NCBI GenBank assembly: GCA_963850305.1 | Contig: CAWKKR010000007.1 | Coordinates: 960,001 to 1,024,000 of the forward strand | Reading direction: 5' to 3' | DNA length: 64,000 bases | DNA from: an uncultured delta proteobacterium | Lineage (GTDB): Bacteria; Myxococcota_A; Polyangia; Polyangiales; Polyangiaceae | Part shown: one piece after another, positions 23,729-36,439 of the stretch | Numbering within the stretch: the stretch's first letter is position 1 | Layout of the letters: the number at the start of each line of letters is the position of its first letter | Program-made: the position numbers and the translations under genes | Notes under the pieces: generated by a model | What the model saw: only the letters and a program-made list of their open reading frames with translations | Told to the model about the DNA's origin: nothing | The model's database searches: none

Positions 23729-25009
23729 ATGGACGAGGCCGGCCCGGACCGCCCGCTCGGATTTCCGTCGCTGCTCGCGCTCGGCGTGAACGGCATCGTC
23801 GGCGTGGGCATCTTCTTCGCGCCCTCGTCGGTCGCGGCGGAAGCGCCGGGCATGTCGGGGGTGCTCGTCTATCTCGTCACGGCTCTCGCGCTGTTGCCGA
23901 TTGCCGCGGGATACGGCGCGCTCGGCAGTCGATTCAGCGTGGATGGCGGGCCGTACGTGTGGGCGGACGCTGCCTTCGGTTCGCGCTTCGCGTTTTTCGT
24001 CGGATGGGTGACGTTCGCGTCATCGCTGTTCAGCATCGCGGCAGTGCTCACGGGTCTGTCGAATCATGCTGCGCCGCTCTTCGGCGTGACGACGCCTCAT
24101 GGAATGCAGGCCTTCGCGGTCGGGTGCGCGCTGGTGCTCGCCGGAGTCGCTGCAACGGGTCTTCACCCGAGCGCGATGGTCTGGAGCGCAGTGACGGTGC
24201 TGAAGCTCATCCCGCTCGTGGCGATCGTCGTGCTGGGGACCATTGCATTCGGGAAGGTCGACGTCACGGCGTCCGTCAGTGATCTCCCGGTGACCGCGCA
24301 CGCGATGGAGCGGGCGGTGCTCGTCGTGGTCTTCGCGAGCCAGGGCTTCGAGATCGTGCCCTTGCTCGCCGGGAGCGTCCGGAAATCGGAGCGCAGCGTG
24401 CCTCTTGCAACGGTCGCGTCGCTCGTCTTCGCAGCGATGCTCTACGCTGCGTTGCACGCGTTCACCGTTCGAGCCGTTCCGGATCTCGCGCACAGCCACA
24501 CGCCGCTCGTCGATGCGGCCAGCGTGTACGGCGGTGCCGTCGCTCGGGACGTCGTTGCCGCCGGCGCGAACGTTTCGGCCTTCGGCATCCTGTTCGGCAT
24601 GCTCAACACGACGCCGCGATACCTCTCGGCGCTCTCGGGCTCGACCGCATTCGGCCCCTGGATTGGCGGCGTGGATCGCAGGTTCGTCCCGCAGCGCGCC
24701 TTGTGGCTGACCGTTGGCGCAGTCGTCGTGATGGTGTCCTTGTCGAGCCGGATTACCGAGCTCTTCGTTCTCTCGAGTCTGGCGGTGCTGTCGCAGTACA
24801 GTGTCGTTCTCGCGTCCCTCGCCGTGCTGGCGTGGCGAGGCAGCCATGGGCTCACGCGCCGCCACCTGTGGCCAGTTCCGCTGTCGCTCCTCGGGATCGC
24901 ACTCGCGGCCCAAGGAGCAGAAGCCCGCGAGCTTCTGGTCGCGGCGGCGGTCATCGTGGCAGGGGAGGGGATCCGCCGGTGGTCCAAGATCCGGCGCGTC
25001 CTGGTGTAG
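23729..25009 (+). CDS. APC-family amino acid permease
   Basis: LGVNGIVGVGIFF.P, GGPYVW, GFE; about 12 hydrophobic segments. Confidence 0.88.
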   Translation: MDEAGPDRPLGFPSLLALGVNGIVGVGIFFAPSSVAAEAPGMSGVLVYLVTALALLPIAAGYGALGSRFSVDGGPYVWADAAFGSRFAFFVGWVTFASSLFSIAAVLTGLSNHAAPLFGVTTPHGMQAFAVGCALVLAGVAATGLHPSAMVWSAVTVLKLIPLVAIVVLGTIAFGKVDVTASVSDLPVTAHAMERAVLVVVFASQGFEIVPLLAGSVRKSERSVPLATVASLVFAAMLYAALHAFTVRAVPDLAHSHTPLVDAASVYGGAVARDVVAAGANVSAFGILFGMLNTTPRYLSALSGSTAFGPWIGGVDRRFVPQRALWLTVGAVVVMVSLSSRITELFVLSSLAVLSQYSVVLASLAVLAWRGSHGLTRRHLWPVPLSLLGIALAAQGAEARELLVAAAVIVAGEGIRRWSKIRRVLV

Positions 25010-25018
25010 AGTCGTTCG

Positions 25019-25819
25019 GTGCTTGTCGACACGCACTGTCACCTGGACTCGAAGAGCTGCGCCGACCCCGATGAGGTCATCGAACGGGCACGCGCTGCGG
25101 GCGTCGGCGGCTTCGTGGCGATTGGGGTAGGTTCGCTCGACGCGGCGCACGAAGTCGTCGGGCTGGCGAATCGTCGTCACGACGTCGTCTGCACCATAGG
25201 CGTGCACCCACACGACGCCGCGACCCTCGACGATTCCCTCTTCGCCGAGCTCGAAAGTCTCGCGAGCGACCCCGCCGTCGTCGCGATCGGCGAGATAGGG
25301 CTCGACTATCACTATGATCATTCCCCGCGGGACGCCCAGAGCATCGCCTTTCGCAGGTTCGTGGCACTCGCGCGCGCGGTGAAGAAGCCCGTCGTCATCC
25401 ACACGCGTAGCGCGCCGGAGGAGACGCTGAGGGTGCTAGAGGAGGAGAACGCCCGTGACGTCGGAGGCGTGATCCATTGCTTCAGCGAGGACCGAGACTT
25501 TGCGCGCCGCGCGTTCGAGCTCGATTTCGACGTCTCGTTCTCGGGGATCGTCACCTTCAAGAACGCGGTCGCGGTTCAGGACGTCGCTCGATTCGCTCCA
25601 GAGGACCGGATCCTCGTGGAGACGGATAGTCCCTATCTCGCGCCGGTGCCGAAGCGGGGTCGGCCGAACGAGCCGGCCTACATCGTCCACACCGTTAGTC
25701 GGATTGCGGCCCTGCGCGGTACGGATGTCGGCGTTCTCGAACGTGTCTCCACCGAGAACGCGTGCCGTCGCTTTGGGCCGAGACTCGACGCCGTCGTCGC
25801 TGGAGCGCACAATCAGTGA
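25019..25819 (+). CDS. tatD: TatD-family hydrolase
   Basis: DTHCHLD, GVHPH, IGEIGLDY, IHTR, IHCFS, ETDSPYLAP. Confidence 0.95.
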   Translation: MLVDTHCHLDSKSCADPDEVIERARAAGVGGFVAIGVGSLDAAHEVVGLANRRHDVVCTIGVHPHDAATLDDSLFAELESLASDPAVVAIGEIGLDYHYDHSPRDAQSIAFRRFVALARAVKKPVVIHTRSAPEETLRVLEEENARDVGGVIHCFSEDRDFARRAFELDFDVSFSGIVTFKNAVAVQDVARFAPEDRILVETDSPYLAPVPKRGRPNEPAYIVHTVSRIAALRGTDVGVLERVSTENACRRFGPRLDAVVAGAHNQ

Positions 25820-25821
25820 GG

Positions 25822-27130
25822 ATGGGCCGCGCGAAAAACCCGCGATTCGCGACGTCGATCGCGCTCGGAGGGTCGCTGCTGCTGCATGTCACGCTGATCG
25901 CGCTGAGCGTGCGCTTCTTTCGCGCTGCGGCTCTTTCACGGGTGGACCCACTCGTGGACGTCGCTCTCGCAGATGTGATCCCGCACGGAGATAAGCTCTC
26001 GATCGGAGTCCCGGAGGCGAGCACACCGCAGCGTCCCCCGTCGCTGGATGACGAACGGCGACCATCGGGACCGCTGCGCGAATCCCACCCCGATACACGA
26101 ACGCGTGGTCGAGGCGGCGTGAAGCAGGCTGCGGAAAAGGCGCTCCACATGTCCGATAGCATCGACGGGCTGACGCTCGAGACGGACCCCACCCAATTCG
26201 CGCACACGAGCCAGCTGTCCCGGTTGAACACGAGCGACGATCGCCGTTCGTGGGAAGATCGCCGGACCACTCCGGACCCCATGATGCTCACGTTCATCGC
26301 GATGGGGCCCGGCACCCGCGTCGCGCGACTCGACGCGGCGCGCGCGGACCCTGCGATGGGGGCGCGCGGTGCGGTGCCCGTTCCCGCAGGTGTTCGCGCG
26401 GGTGATCTCTGATCTCGAGGACGGACCTGCGCGGCCCGTTCGCGGCGCGTCGCGCGACGGCGCTACGCCGATTGCTCCGCTCGGCTTGGACCACGGAAGA
26501 CCCGCGGCGGAGTATCGGCGGACCGCGGCGGTCACACTCGCACGGCCAGCCTTGCGGCAGTCGCGCGCATCGATCGCAACCACCCGCCGCGGTCGTCCCA
26601 GCGATGACGTCGCGAGCTCGCAAGAAGTGGCGAGCCTCGTGGAGTCGCTGATCACGGCGAGCACGGCGGGGGGTACTCTTGGACGCGGTCCCGGGGGCAC
26701 GGACGGCAACGCGGCGCCTGGAAAAGACGGAGTTGCGGGTGCCGGAATGCTCGAACGACCCTCCGGCGAGGGCGGGGTCGATTCGGCGGCGGCTCCGCTC
26801 GGGGTCGAGAACTATGCGGCGGCGCTGACGCGCAAGGTCTACCCGTTCTGGGAAGAAGCGTTCCCCATCTGGGCCCGCGTCGAAGGTCGGGGTGGCGTTG
26901 CCGTCATCGGCGTCACGCTCTCGCCGGACGGCAGCGTCCACGATCTTCGTGTCGTTCGCGGCAGCGGTATTCCGGAGTTCGATCGGAACGTCGCGCGAGC
27001 GCTTTCCGACGCTTCGCCCTACGGCCCGCTTCCGCGCGCCCTTCGCCGTTCCGGGCTCACGCTGAACATCGCCTTCGACGCGATGAATCCCGCGGTCGGT
27101 CGCTCGGGTCCGGGCCGAGGACGCAGGTGA
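25822..27130 (+). CDS. TonB-family energy transducer-like protein (one apparent frameshift)
   Basis: TM with SLLLH motif, low-complexity linker, TonB_C (VTLSPDGSV..LRVVRGSGIPEFDRNVARAL..ASPYGPLP). Frame switches at ~26407. Confidence 0.75.
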
Positions 27131-27134
27131 GCGC

Positions 27135-27164
27135 TTGACAGCGACAAACCGGTTCCGCCATATT
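27135..27164 (+). promoter_or_regulatory. Putative sigma70 promoter of tRNA-Met
   Basis: TTGACA-N18-CATATT followed by a GC-rich discriminator (CCCGGGCCCC). Confidence 0.55.
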
Positions 27165-27197
27165 CCCGGGCCCCGAAGAGCGGAAAACGCGCTCGAT

Positions 27198-27271
27198 GCC
27201 GAGGTAGCTCAGGTGGTTAGAGCAGGCGTTTCATAAGCGCCGGGTCGGGGGTTCAAGTCCCTCCTTCGGCA
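27198..27271 (+). tRNA. tRNA-Met (CAT), probably elongator
   Basis: GCCGAGG...CTTCGGC-A acceptor stem with G1-C72 pair (not initiator); anticodon arm GGCGT-TTCATAA-GCGCC; TTCAAGT T-loop. CCA not encoded. Confidence 0.9.
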
Positions 27272-27282
27272 CTGCTAGGATA

Positions 27283-27354
27283 GGGGGGCCTTGCCCCCCG
27301 CGGCTCGCTACGCGACCGCTCCCCCGCCGCCTTCGGCGGGCTCGCTCCGCTCGC
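27283..27354. repeat. Cluster of short GC-rich hairpins (REP-like or terminator)
   Basis: GGGGGGC-CTT-GCCCCCC; GCGG.TCGC-TAC-GCGACCGC; CCCGCCG-CCTT-CGGCGGG; GCTCGC-TCC-GCTCGC. Lies between convergent transcripts. Confidence 0.45.
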
Positions 27355-27390
27355 TTTGTTCCGCACCTCTTTGATCCCTCCGGGGGTTCT

Positions 27391-27999
27391 TCAGTCCTTC
27401 CCGAACAGATCCTGGATCCGCGAGTCGAGAGCCACGGAGATCTTGTAGAGACTCGAAATGGAGGGGCTCGATTCCGCTCGTTCGATCTGGGAAAGGAGCG
27501 AGATACTGAGCCCCGTTCGGCGGCTCATCTGCTTGAGCGTGAGCTCCTTCTCCTTCCGGAGCGTGCGGATCGTGTCGCCGATGATCTTGTGAAGTTGCTC
27601 CTCGGGTGTTCGTGCGAGGCCCTTCTTCCTCATCACCCGCGACAGCACCTCGCGGAACTCGTCGACGTTGAACGGCTTCTTGATGTAGTCGACCGCGTCG
27701 AGCTTCATCGACGCGATCGCCGAATCCAGGTTCGGGTGCGCCGTGAAGATCACGACCGCGATGTCCTTGTCGAGGTTTCGAATACGTCGCAGGAGTTCGA
27801 TGCCGTCGAGCTTCGGCATCATCAGGTCGAGGATGATGACGTGGTATTCTCCAACCCGCACTTCGTCTTCGACGAGGGTCGGGTCGCTCAGAGCTTTGAC
27901 GTGAAACCCGTCATTTTCGAGCAGGGTCTGCATGTAGTCGCAGATCTGCTTGTCATCGTCGACGATCAGGATCCGCACCGCGGGCAGTTCGATGGGCAC
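27391..27999 (-). CDS. Response regulator, receiver + XRE-type HTH (DigR-like architecture)
   Basis: RILIVDDD, ILDLMMP, YIKKPF; IRTLRKEKELTLKQMSRRTGLSISLLSQIER. GTG start with GAGGA RBS. The long upstream ORF extension is antisense to the kinase gene. Confidence 0.88.
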   Translation of the reverse strand: MPIELPAVRILIVDDDKQICDYMQTLLENDGFHVKALSDPTLVEDEVRVGEYHVIILDLMMPKLDGIELLRRIRNLDKDIAVVIFTAHPNLDSAIASMKLDAVDYIKKPFNVDEFREVLSRVMRKKGLARTPEEQLHKIIGDTIRTLRKEKELTLKQMSRRTGLSISLLSQIERAESSPSISSLYKISVALDSRIQDLFGKD

Positions 28000-28260
28000 G
28001 AGGGTCCTCTTTCCGTAAGCGATTGCGGGCAAGAGCCGAGAGCCGACGCCTGACCGAAATTGCACTGAGACTATAAGCCGAAGTTCAATTCCAGTGCTAC
28101 CAAAATCGCGGAACATGCCGGAACAACGCAACTCTCCGGATTCGTTTCGGGGATGCGACGGCCGGGGGGGCGGTTGGTGCTTCTGCGAGCGGCCGAGCGC
28201 AGGTACGCTTTTGGATTCGATGATGGTCGGCTCCAGGAACGAAGCGACGCGAACTCCGTC

Positions 28261-31411
<3,151 letters not shown>

Positions 31412-31415
<4 letters not shown>

Positions 31416-32893
31416 CGGCCTCCGTGGTCCGCGAGGGCACGTCGGACTTTCTCACCCATTGCCAGGCGTCTTCCGGCGGGAGCCCGGTCCTCGAGCAGAT
31501 CCGCGAGCGCGGGGCGGACGCGGTGCTCGCCGTGTTTCGACTCGTCAAGAACGGCCTGGTCCATGCGCTCGACAACCAGGCCGTGCATGCAGAGCGCCGG
31601 CCAGGCGAGACGAGATCCTCTCGGACTTCGCCGGCATGGTCGGCAACAACGTGTCCATCACGTTCATCGGCGACACCATCTTCGTGTGCGGGCAGCTCCT
31701 CCGCGCCTCCCGCAGCGTGTACGAATCGGCGAGGGAGCTCGGGGAGATCCTCGCCCGCTGCGGCGTGTCGGAGCTCAGCATCGATCCTGGCGTGGGCGCG
31801 GAGGATCTCCTCGCGGCCCTCTCGCTGCTGATGCAGGGCTATCGCGCTCCCGACCGGAAGGAAGAACTCCTCGCGACCAAGATTCCGCACATCGGTCTCC
31901 GGAAGGTCGAAGCGGAGCTCGCGAAGGGGCGAGCTCGACTCGGAGCAGTCGCTTCCGGAGCGGATCGTGCGGTTTTACGCGACGTCCCTGGTCGTGCTCC
32001 GCTCGTTCTTCGACAGCGTCGCCAGTGGCGCGACCATTCTTCCCTATCGCGTGAAGCGGCTCTCGCAGCAGCTCGTGTCGCTCGCGGACTCGGGCGACAC
32101 GGCGCTTCTCGGCCTCACGGCGATGGGCAACGCCGAGCGCGACGACGCGGGACGCGCGGTCCTCTCTGCGATCCTAGCGCTCGTCATCGGGCGTCAGGTC
32201 ACGACCGAGCGCGTCGCGCTCGCCCGCCTCACGATGGCGGCACTGATGGCCGACGCGGGGCGGATTCGCGTCGCGGGTCCCGAAGGCCGCGACGTGCTCA
32301 TGGAGCTGACCGAGGACGACGAGTGCAAGGTCCCCGCACTCACCGCGACCGTGTGCGTCGCCACGGGCGGCGTGAACGTCCCGAACGCCCTGCGCACCGT
32401 CGTCACGACCGAGACCACCTGGCTCGAGCGCGAACAGCTGCTCGGCGCCGTCTACCAGCGCGAGATGGCGCCACTGGTCGAGGCGCACATCCTTCGCCTG
32501 GCGCGCGCGCTCATCGACCACCTGGCTCCGCGCGATGCGGCGGTCGGCACGAAGTCCCCTCTCGACGCGCTCGAAGCCGTCGCCGCGACCCCGGGCATCG
32601 ACCCCGTACTCCTCCGGCTGTTCATCGGCGCCGTCGGTCTGCTCCCCACGGGCAGCGTCGTGGAGTTCGAAACGGGCGAGTGGGGCGTCGTGGTCGGCCC
32701 TTCGAAGAGCCCTGGCGCTTTCGAACGCCCCGTCGTGCGGCTCGTGACCGATCGCCACGGCCGAGCCATGAACCCCCCGCGCGAAGTCGACCTGGGCGGT
32801 GCGGTGCCCGGGAGCCGCGTCTTCCCGCGCATCGCGAACGTCGTGCCGCCCAAGCAAGCGCGCTTCAACGTCACGCGAGTCTTCCTGAGCTGA
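31412..32893 (+). CDS. Degenerate HD-GYP-like domain protein (three apparent frameshifts)
   Basis: GTGA overlap with the kinase stop; frames joined at ~31586, ~31610 and ~31929. AALMADAG stands where AALLHDIG is expected; C-terminal GLLPTGSVVEFETGEWGVVV...RPVVRLV is typical of HD-GYP tails. Confidence 0.65.
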
Positions 32894-32965
32894 ATTCGAC
32901 GCAGAGCGGCGCGACTGGGAGAACGAGCCTCCTACGCGGAAGTCCGCGATCCGGCACGCTTCTTG

Positions 32966-32994
32966 TTGACACTCGGGTGGCCGGAAGGTACTCG
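32966..32994 (+). promoter_or_regulatory. Putative sigma70 promoter of the beta-barrel/FadL operon
   Basis: TTGACA-N17-TACTCG about 75 bp upstream of ATG 33069. Confidence 0.45.
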
Positions 32995-33068
32995 TGGCGG
33001 GCGTTTCCATCGAGGGATCACGGGGAGAACTTCGCCCGAACGTGGGCTCGATCCGCCCTAGACAGTCC

Positions 33069-34068
33069 ATGAGAATCGGAAGACCGTTTACGGGGATCGC
33101 GTTCGTAGCGGGGCTCCTCTCGCTGGGAGTGGACGCTCACGCGCATCCTCCCGTGGATGACTTTCTGAACCCGCAGCCCGCGGCGCCGCACCTGACCCTG
33201 ATGCCCTTCGTCGGTCCGGGCTTCCGCGCCATCTACGACCATCGCTTCCAGATCGAGAAGGACATGAGCGAGGTCCGCACTCAGCTCATGGGCACCGTTG
33301 CCGTCCCCTTCTCCGAGGTGAGCGCCAACATCGACGCCCGCTTCTTCCTCATGAGCTTCGGCGCCAGCGTCGGTTTCCACGACGAGTGGCACATGCTCCA
33401 GTTCACGCCGGATCCGCAGACCGGCAGGGACCGCGCCGGACAGCCCCAGGTGGACGCCGTCGCCCCGCTGACGGACACGACGCCGACGTTCAACGATCTC
33501 ACCCTCAATGCACGCGCCGTCAAAGATCAGAACGCCGACGAGAAGAGCAAAGCCTGGGCGTGGGAGGAGCTCCGCTGGGGCTTCGTGTGGCCCGGCTACA
33601 ACTTCATGGGCGTCTCGAACCTCGCGTTTCGGCACGACGGCCGCCCGAACGTCACGTACGACTGGGAGAACGGCACCGTCCTGAACGGCGGCTGGAACAT
33701 CCGGTGGGAGGGGTACGCGCTCCTCCGCAGTCGGAACATCGGGTTCATCGGACCTGCCTTTCGCGCGCTGATCGTGCCGCGGAATCGCACGCTCGAATGA
33801 CTTCACGACTCCGAGCGGGGAAGTCTTGCCGGCCGACAGCGCCTGCCAGGTCGGCGTCGTCGCCGGCCTCGTCTGCGCGCAGACGCACGAGTTCGAGTTT
33901 CAATACGGCATCCTCGCCGGAATGCGGCCGAACTGGGTGAACAGCGCCGACACGCTCCTCCTTCGCGCCTACACGACGTTGGGGTTGAAGAACGACCTGT
34001 TCGGCACGCAGGCGTTCCGCCTGCCGCTGCAGATCCTCGCCGCGTACATGGTGGACATCGACTTCTGA
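33069..34068 (+). CDS. Hypothetical outer-membrane beta-barrel protein (one apparent frameshift)
   Basis: Signal peptide (DAHA), aromatic-rich alternating strands; shift at ~33796 into the frame ending AAYMVDIDF (terminal Phe beta-signal). Confidence 0.6.
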
Positions 34069-34078
34069 GGCCGAGCGG

Positions 34079-35734
34079 ATGAGAACCCTCCACGCACAGC
34101 GCACGATTCTCGCGGTCCTGATCGGCGGCGGCACCGTCTTCGCCGCGCCGCGCGCGCTCGCGAGCAACCCGCTCGAGTATCCGGACAACGGCGCGGCGGC
34201 GTTCTCCCGCGGCGGCGCGTGGCTCGCGGTCGGCAACGAACCGATCGCGGCGCACTACAACCCCGCGGCGCTCGCCACGCAAGGCAGCGGTTTCAGCATC
34301 GAGCAGCAGCTCAATTTCGACAAGGTGTGCTTCACGCGCGAGTCGCCGGGCGGGGGACCCGCCGGGCCCGCGCCGGCGTCTTCGGACAGCTCCAGGAGAC
34401 GTATCTGCCGGCGTGCGAGAATCGCGGGTCTTTCCCGAGCACCATTCCGTCCATCTCGATAGCGTGGCGGGCGACCGACAAGCTCGGATTCGGCTTCGCG
34501 ATCGTGCCGCCGGCGACGTACGGGCTTCCGGAGAACGCATTTCCGGCGACCGCGCTCGGGTACAACAACGCGACGAAGACGTACGTCCAGATGCCGTCCC
34601 CGTGGCGGTACATGTCGCTGAACCAGCAGTCCACGATCCTCTTTCCGACGTGGAGCGTCGGCTACGAGCTCGTGAAGCACTTTCGAGTCGGCGTCGGGCT
34701 CGTGTCGGGGATCGCCACCATCAACACGCAGGTGGCCGGATTGACCTCCGTCACGTCCGGCACGGACGCCAGCGACAACAGCAGGTACGACGCGCTGACG
34801 ACCCTCCGTACGAACGACCTGTTCGTCCCCGGCGTCGTCGGGTCGATTCATTGGTCCGTCACTCCGCAGATCGACGTGTCGGCGTGGGGCCGGTGGATGG
34901 ACAGCGTGCGCACCGATCACGGCGACGTGACCGCCTCGTACGACGTCTATGGCGAACCGCACCGGCCTCAACCCGACGTGCCAGGTGGCCAGCCTGTCGG
35001 CCGCCACCGGATGCGGCGGCGCGATCGTGAACAACTTTCCGGACGCGGCCCAGGGGCACAAGAACGTGCTGACCCGGTTCGTGTTCCCGATCCCGCCGGA
35101 AGTCCGCCTCGGCGCCCGGTTTCACCAGCCGCGCTCGAAGGCGGGCGTCGCCATGGACAACGCGCGGGTGTCGCGCGATCCGCTGCATGACGACCTGTTC
35201 GACGTGGAGGTGGACGGCAGCTGGGCGATGAACAGCAAGGCCAACACCGTCGAGGTGCGCTTCGACCCCACGCAGTACGTCGATCCCATCCACGTGCCTT
35301 TGCCCGCCAACGCCGACAGGTGGAACGGGTATATCGACTCGTACGGCCTTCGCGTGGGCGGGCAGTGGAACATCATCCGGGACAAGCTCGGCGTGCGCGC
35401 CGGAGGCTGGTTCGAGACCCGCTCAGTGGATCCGGCGTGGCTCAACGTGTTCCCGGTCGGCGCGTTCCGCTACGGCGGAGGCGGCGGCGTGGTCTTCCGG
35501 CAAAACTTCATCGATATCTCGATCGGGTACCAGCATCACGAGTCGCTCGGTCTCGACAACGACGGCAACGGCCTGCTGCGCGCGAGCACGGGAGTCCTGA
35601 CCCCCTCGATCGTCGACCCGCCCGGGACACCGGCCAGCAAGCTCCAGGCGGATCGCAGCGTGCACACCGTGAACGGCGGTAAAGTGACGCAGAGCGCAAA
35701 CGCCTTCACGCTGGGCGGCACGGTTCGATTCTAG
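34079..35734 (+). CDS. FadL/TodX-family outer-membrane hydrophobic-compound channel (two apparent frameshifts)
   Basis: Signal peptide, then EYPDNGAAAFSRGGAWLA...AAHYNPAAL (FadL hatch/NPA motif); FGFAIVPP; LGVRAGGWFE; ends GGTVRF. Shifts at ~34370 and ~34950. Confidence 0.75.
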
Positions 35735-35979
35735 GCAAGCGCTCGCCCGCCGCCCTCGAACGACGCTCGAACCCCCCTCGAACGAAGGTCGGCGAGACTG
35801 CCCCGGGTGCGGCGGAGGATTTGGGCCCGAGTCTCGCTGCTGCGAGCAGCGCTGGAGCTCCTTCTTCAGCCTTCGCCGAACCGGTCTGGTCTCTCTGGCT
35901 TCAGGCCGAGGCTCGGTTCGCCGAGCCCCGAGACTCGCGCAGCTCGACGAAGAACGAACGCCCTCGGACGCAAAGCAAG

Positions 35980-36260
35980 CGTGATCACGTGTCCGGTCCG
36001 TCGCGTCAAGCGCGCGGTGAGCGGTCGTAAGTCGCTCACAAGCCGACTCCCGCGCGTGGCGCGCGCGATCGCGCGTCCGGTTCGCCATCCCCGGTCTGCG
36101 GAGCGCGCTACCCGGTCTGCGGAGCGCGCTAGCGGCCGTTAGTGTCGCCTACTCGCGTGTCCGGTTCGTCGCGCCACGCGCTCGGGGCGCGCTACCCGAC
36201 GCATGGCTCGCGCTTCCGCGCGCTGGTGTCGCCTTGCCACGTGTCCGGTACGCGGACGCT
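35980..36260. repeat. Degenerate 84-bp tandem repeat (~3.3 copies) with a 21-bp sub-repeat
   Basis: GTCCGGT core at 35991, 36075, 36159 and 36243 (exact 84-bp spacing); CCCGGTCTGCGGAGCGCGCTA duplicated at 36090-36131. Confidence 0.7.
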
Positions 36261-36439
36261 GGCGCCGGTGACGCAGACACTCCCCTCCCACACTCCCACG
36301 ACGCGTCGCGGAAACTGCGGCGAATGGAGCTCGCGAGCGGCCGCCCGGCGCTGGAACGCCTTGCAGCGAGGCTGACCATCGGGTAGGAGGCGAAGTCTCT
36401 TGCGGCGATAGAACCTGCCCCATTTGCACCAGAGGAAAC

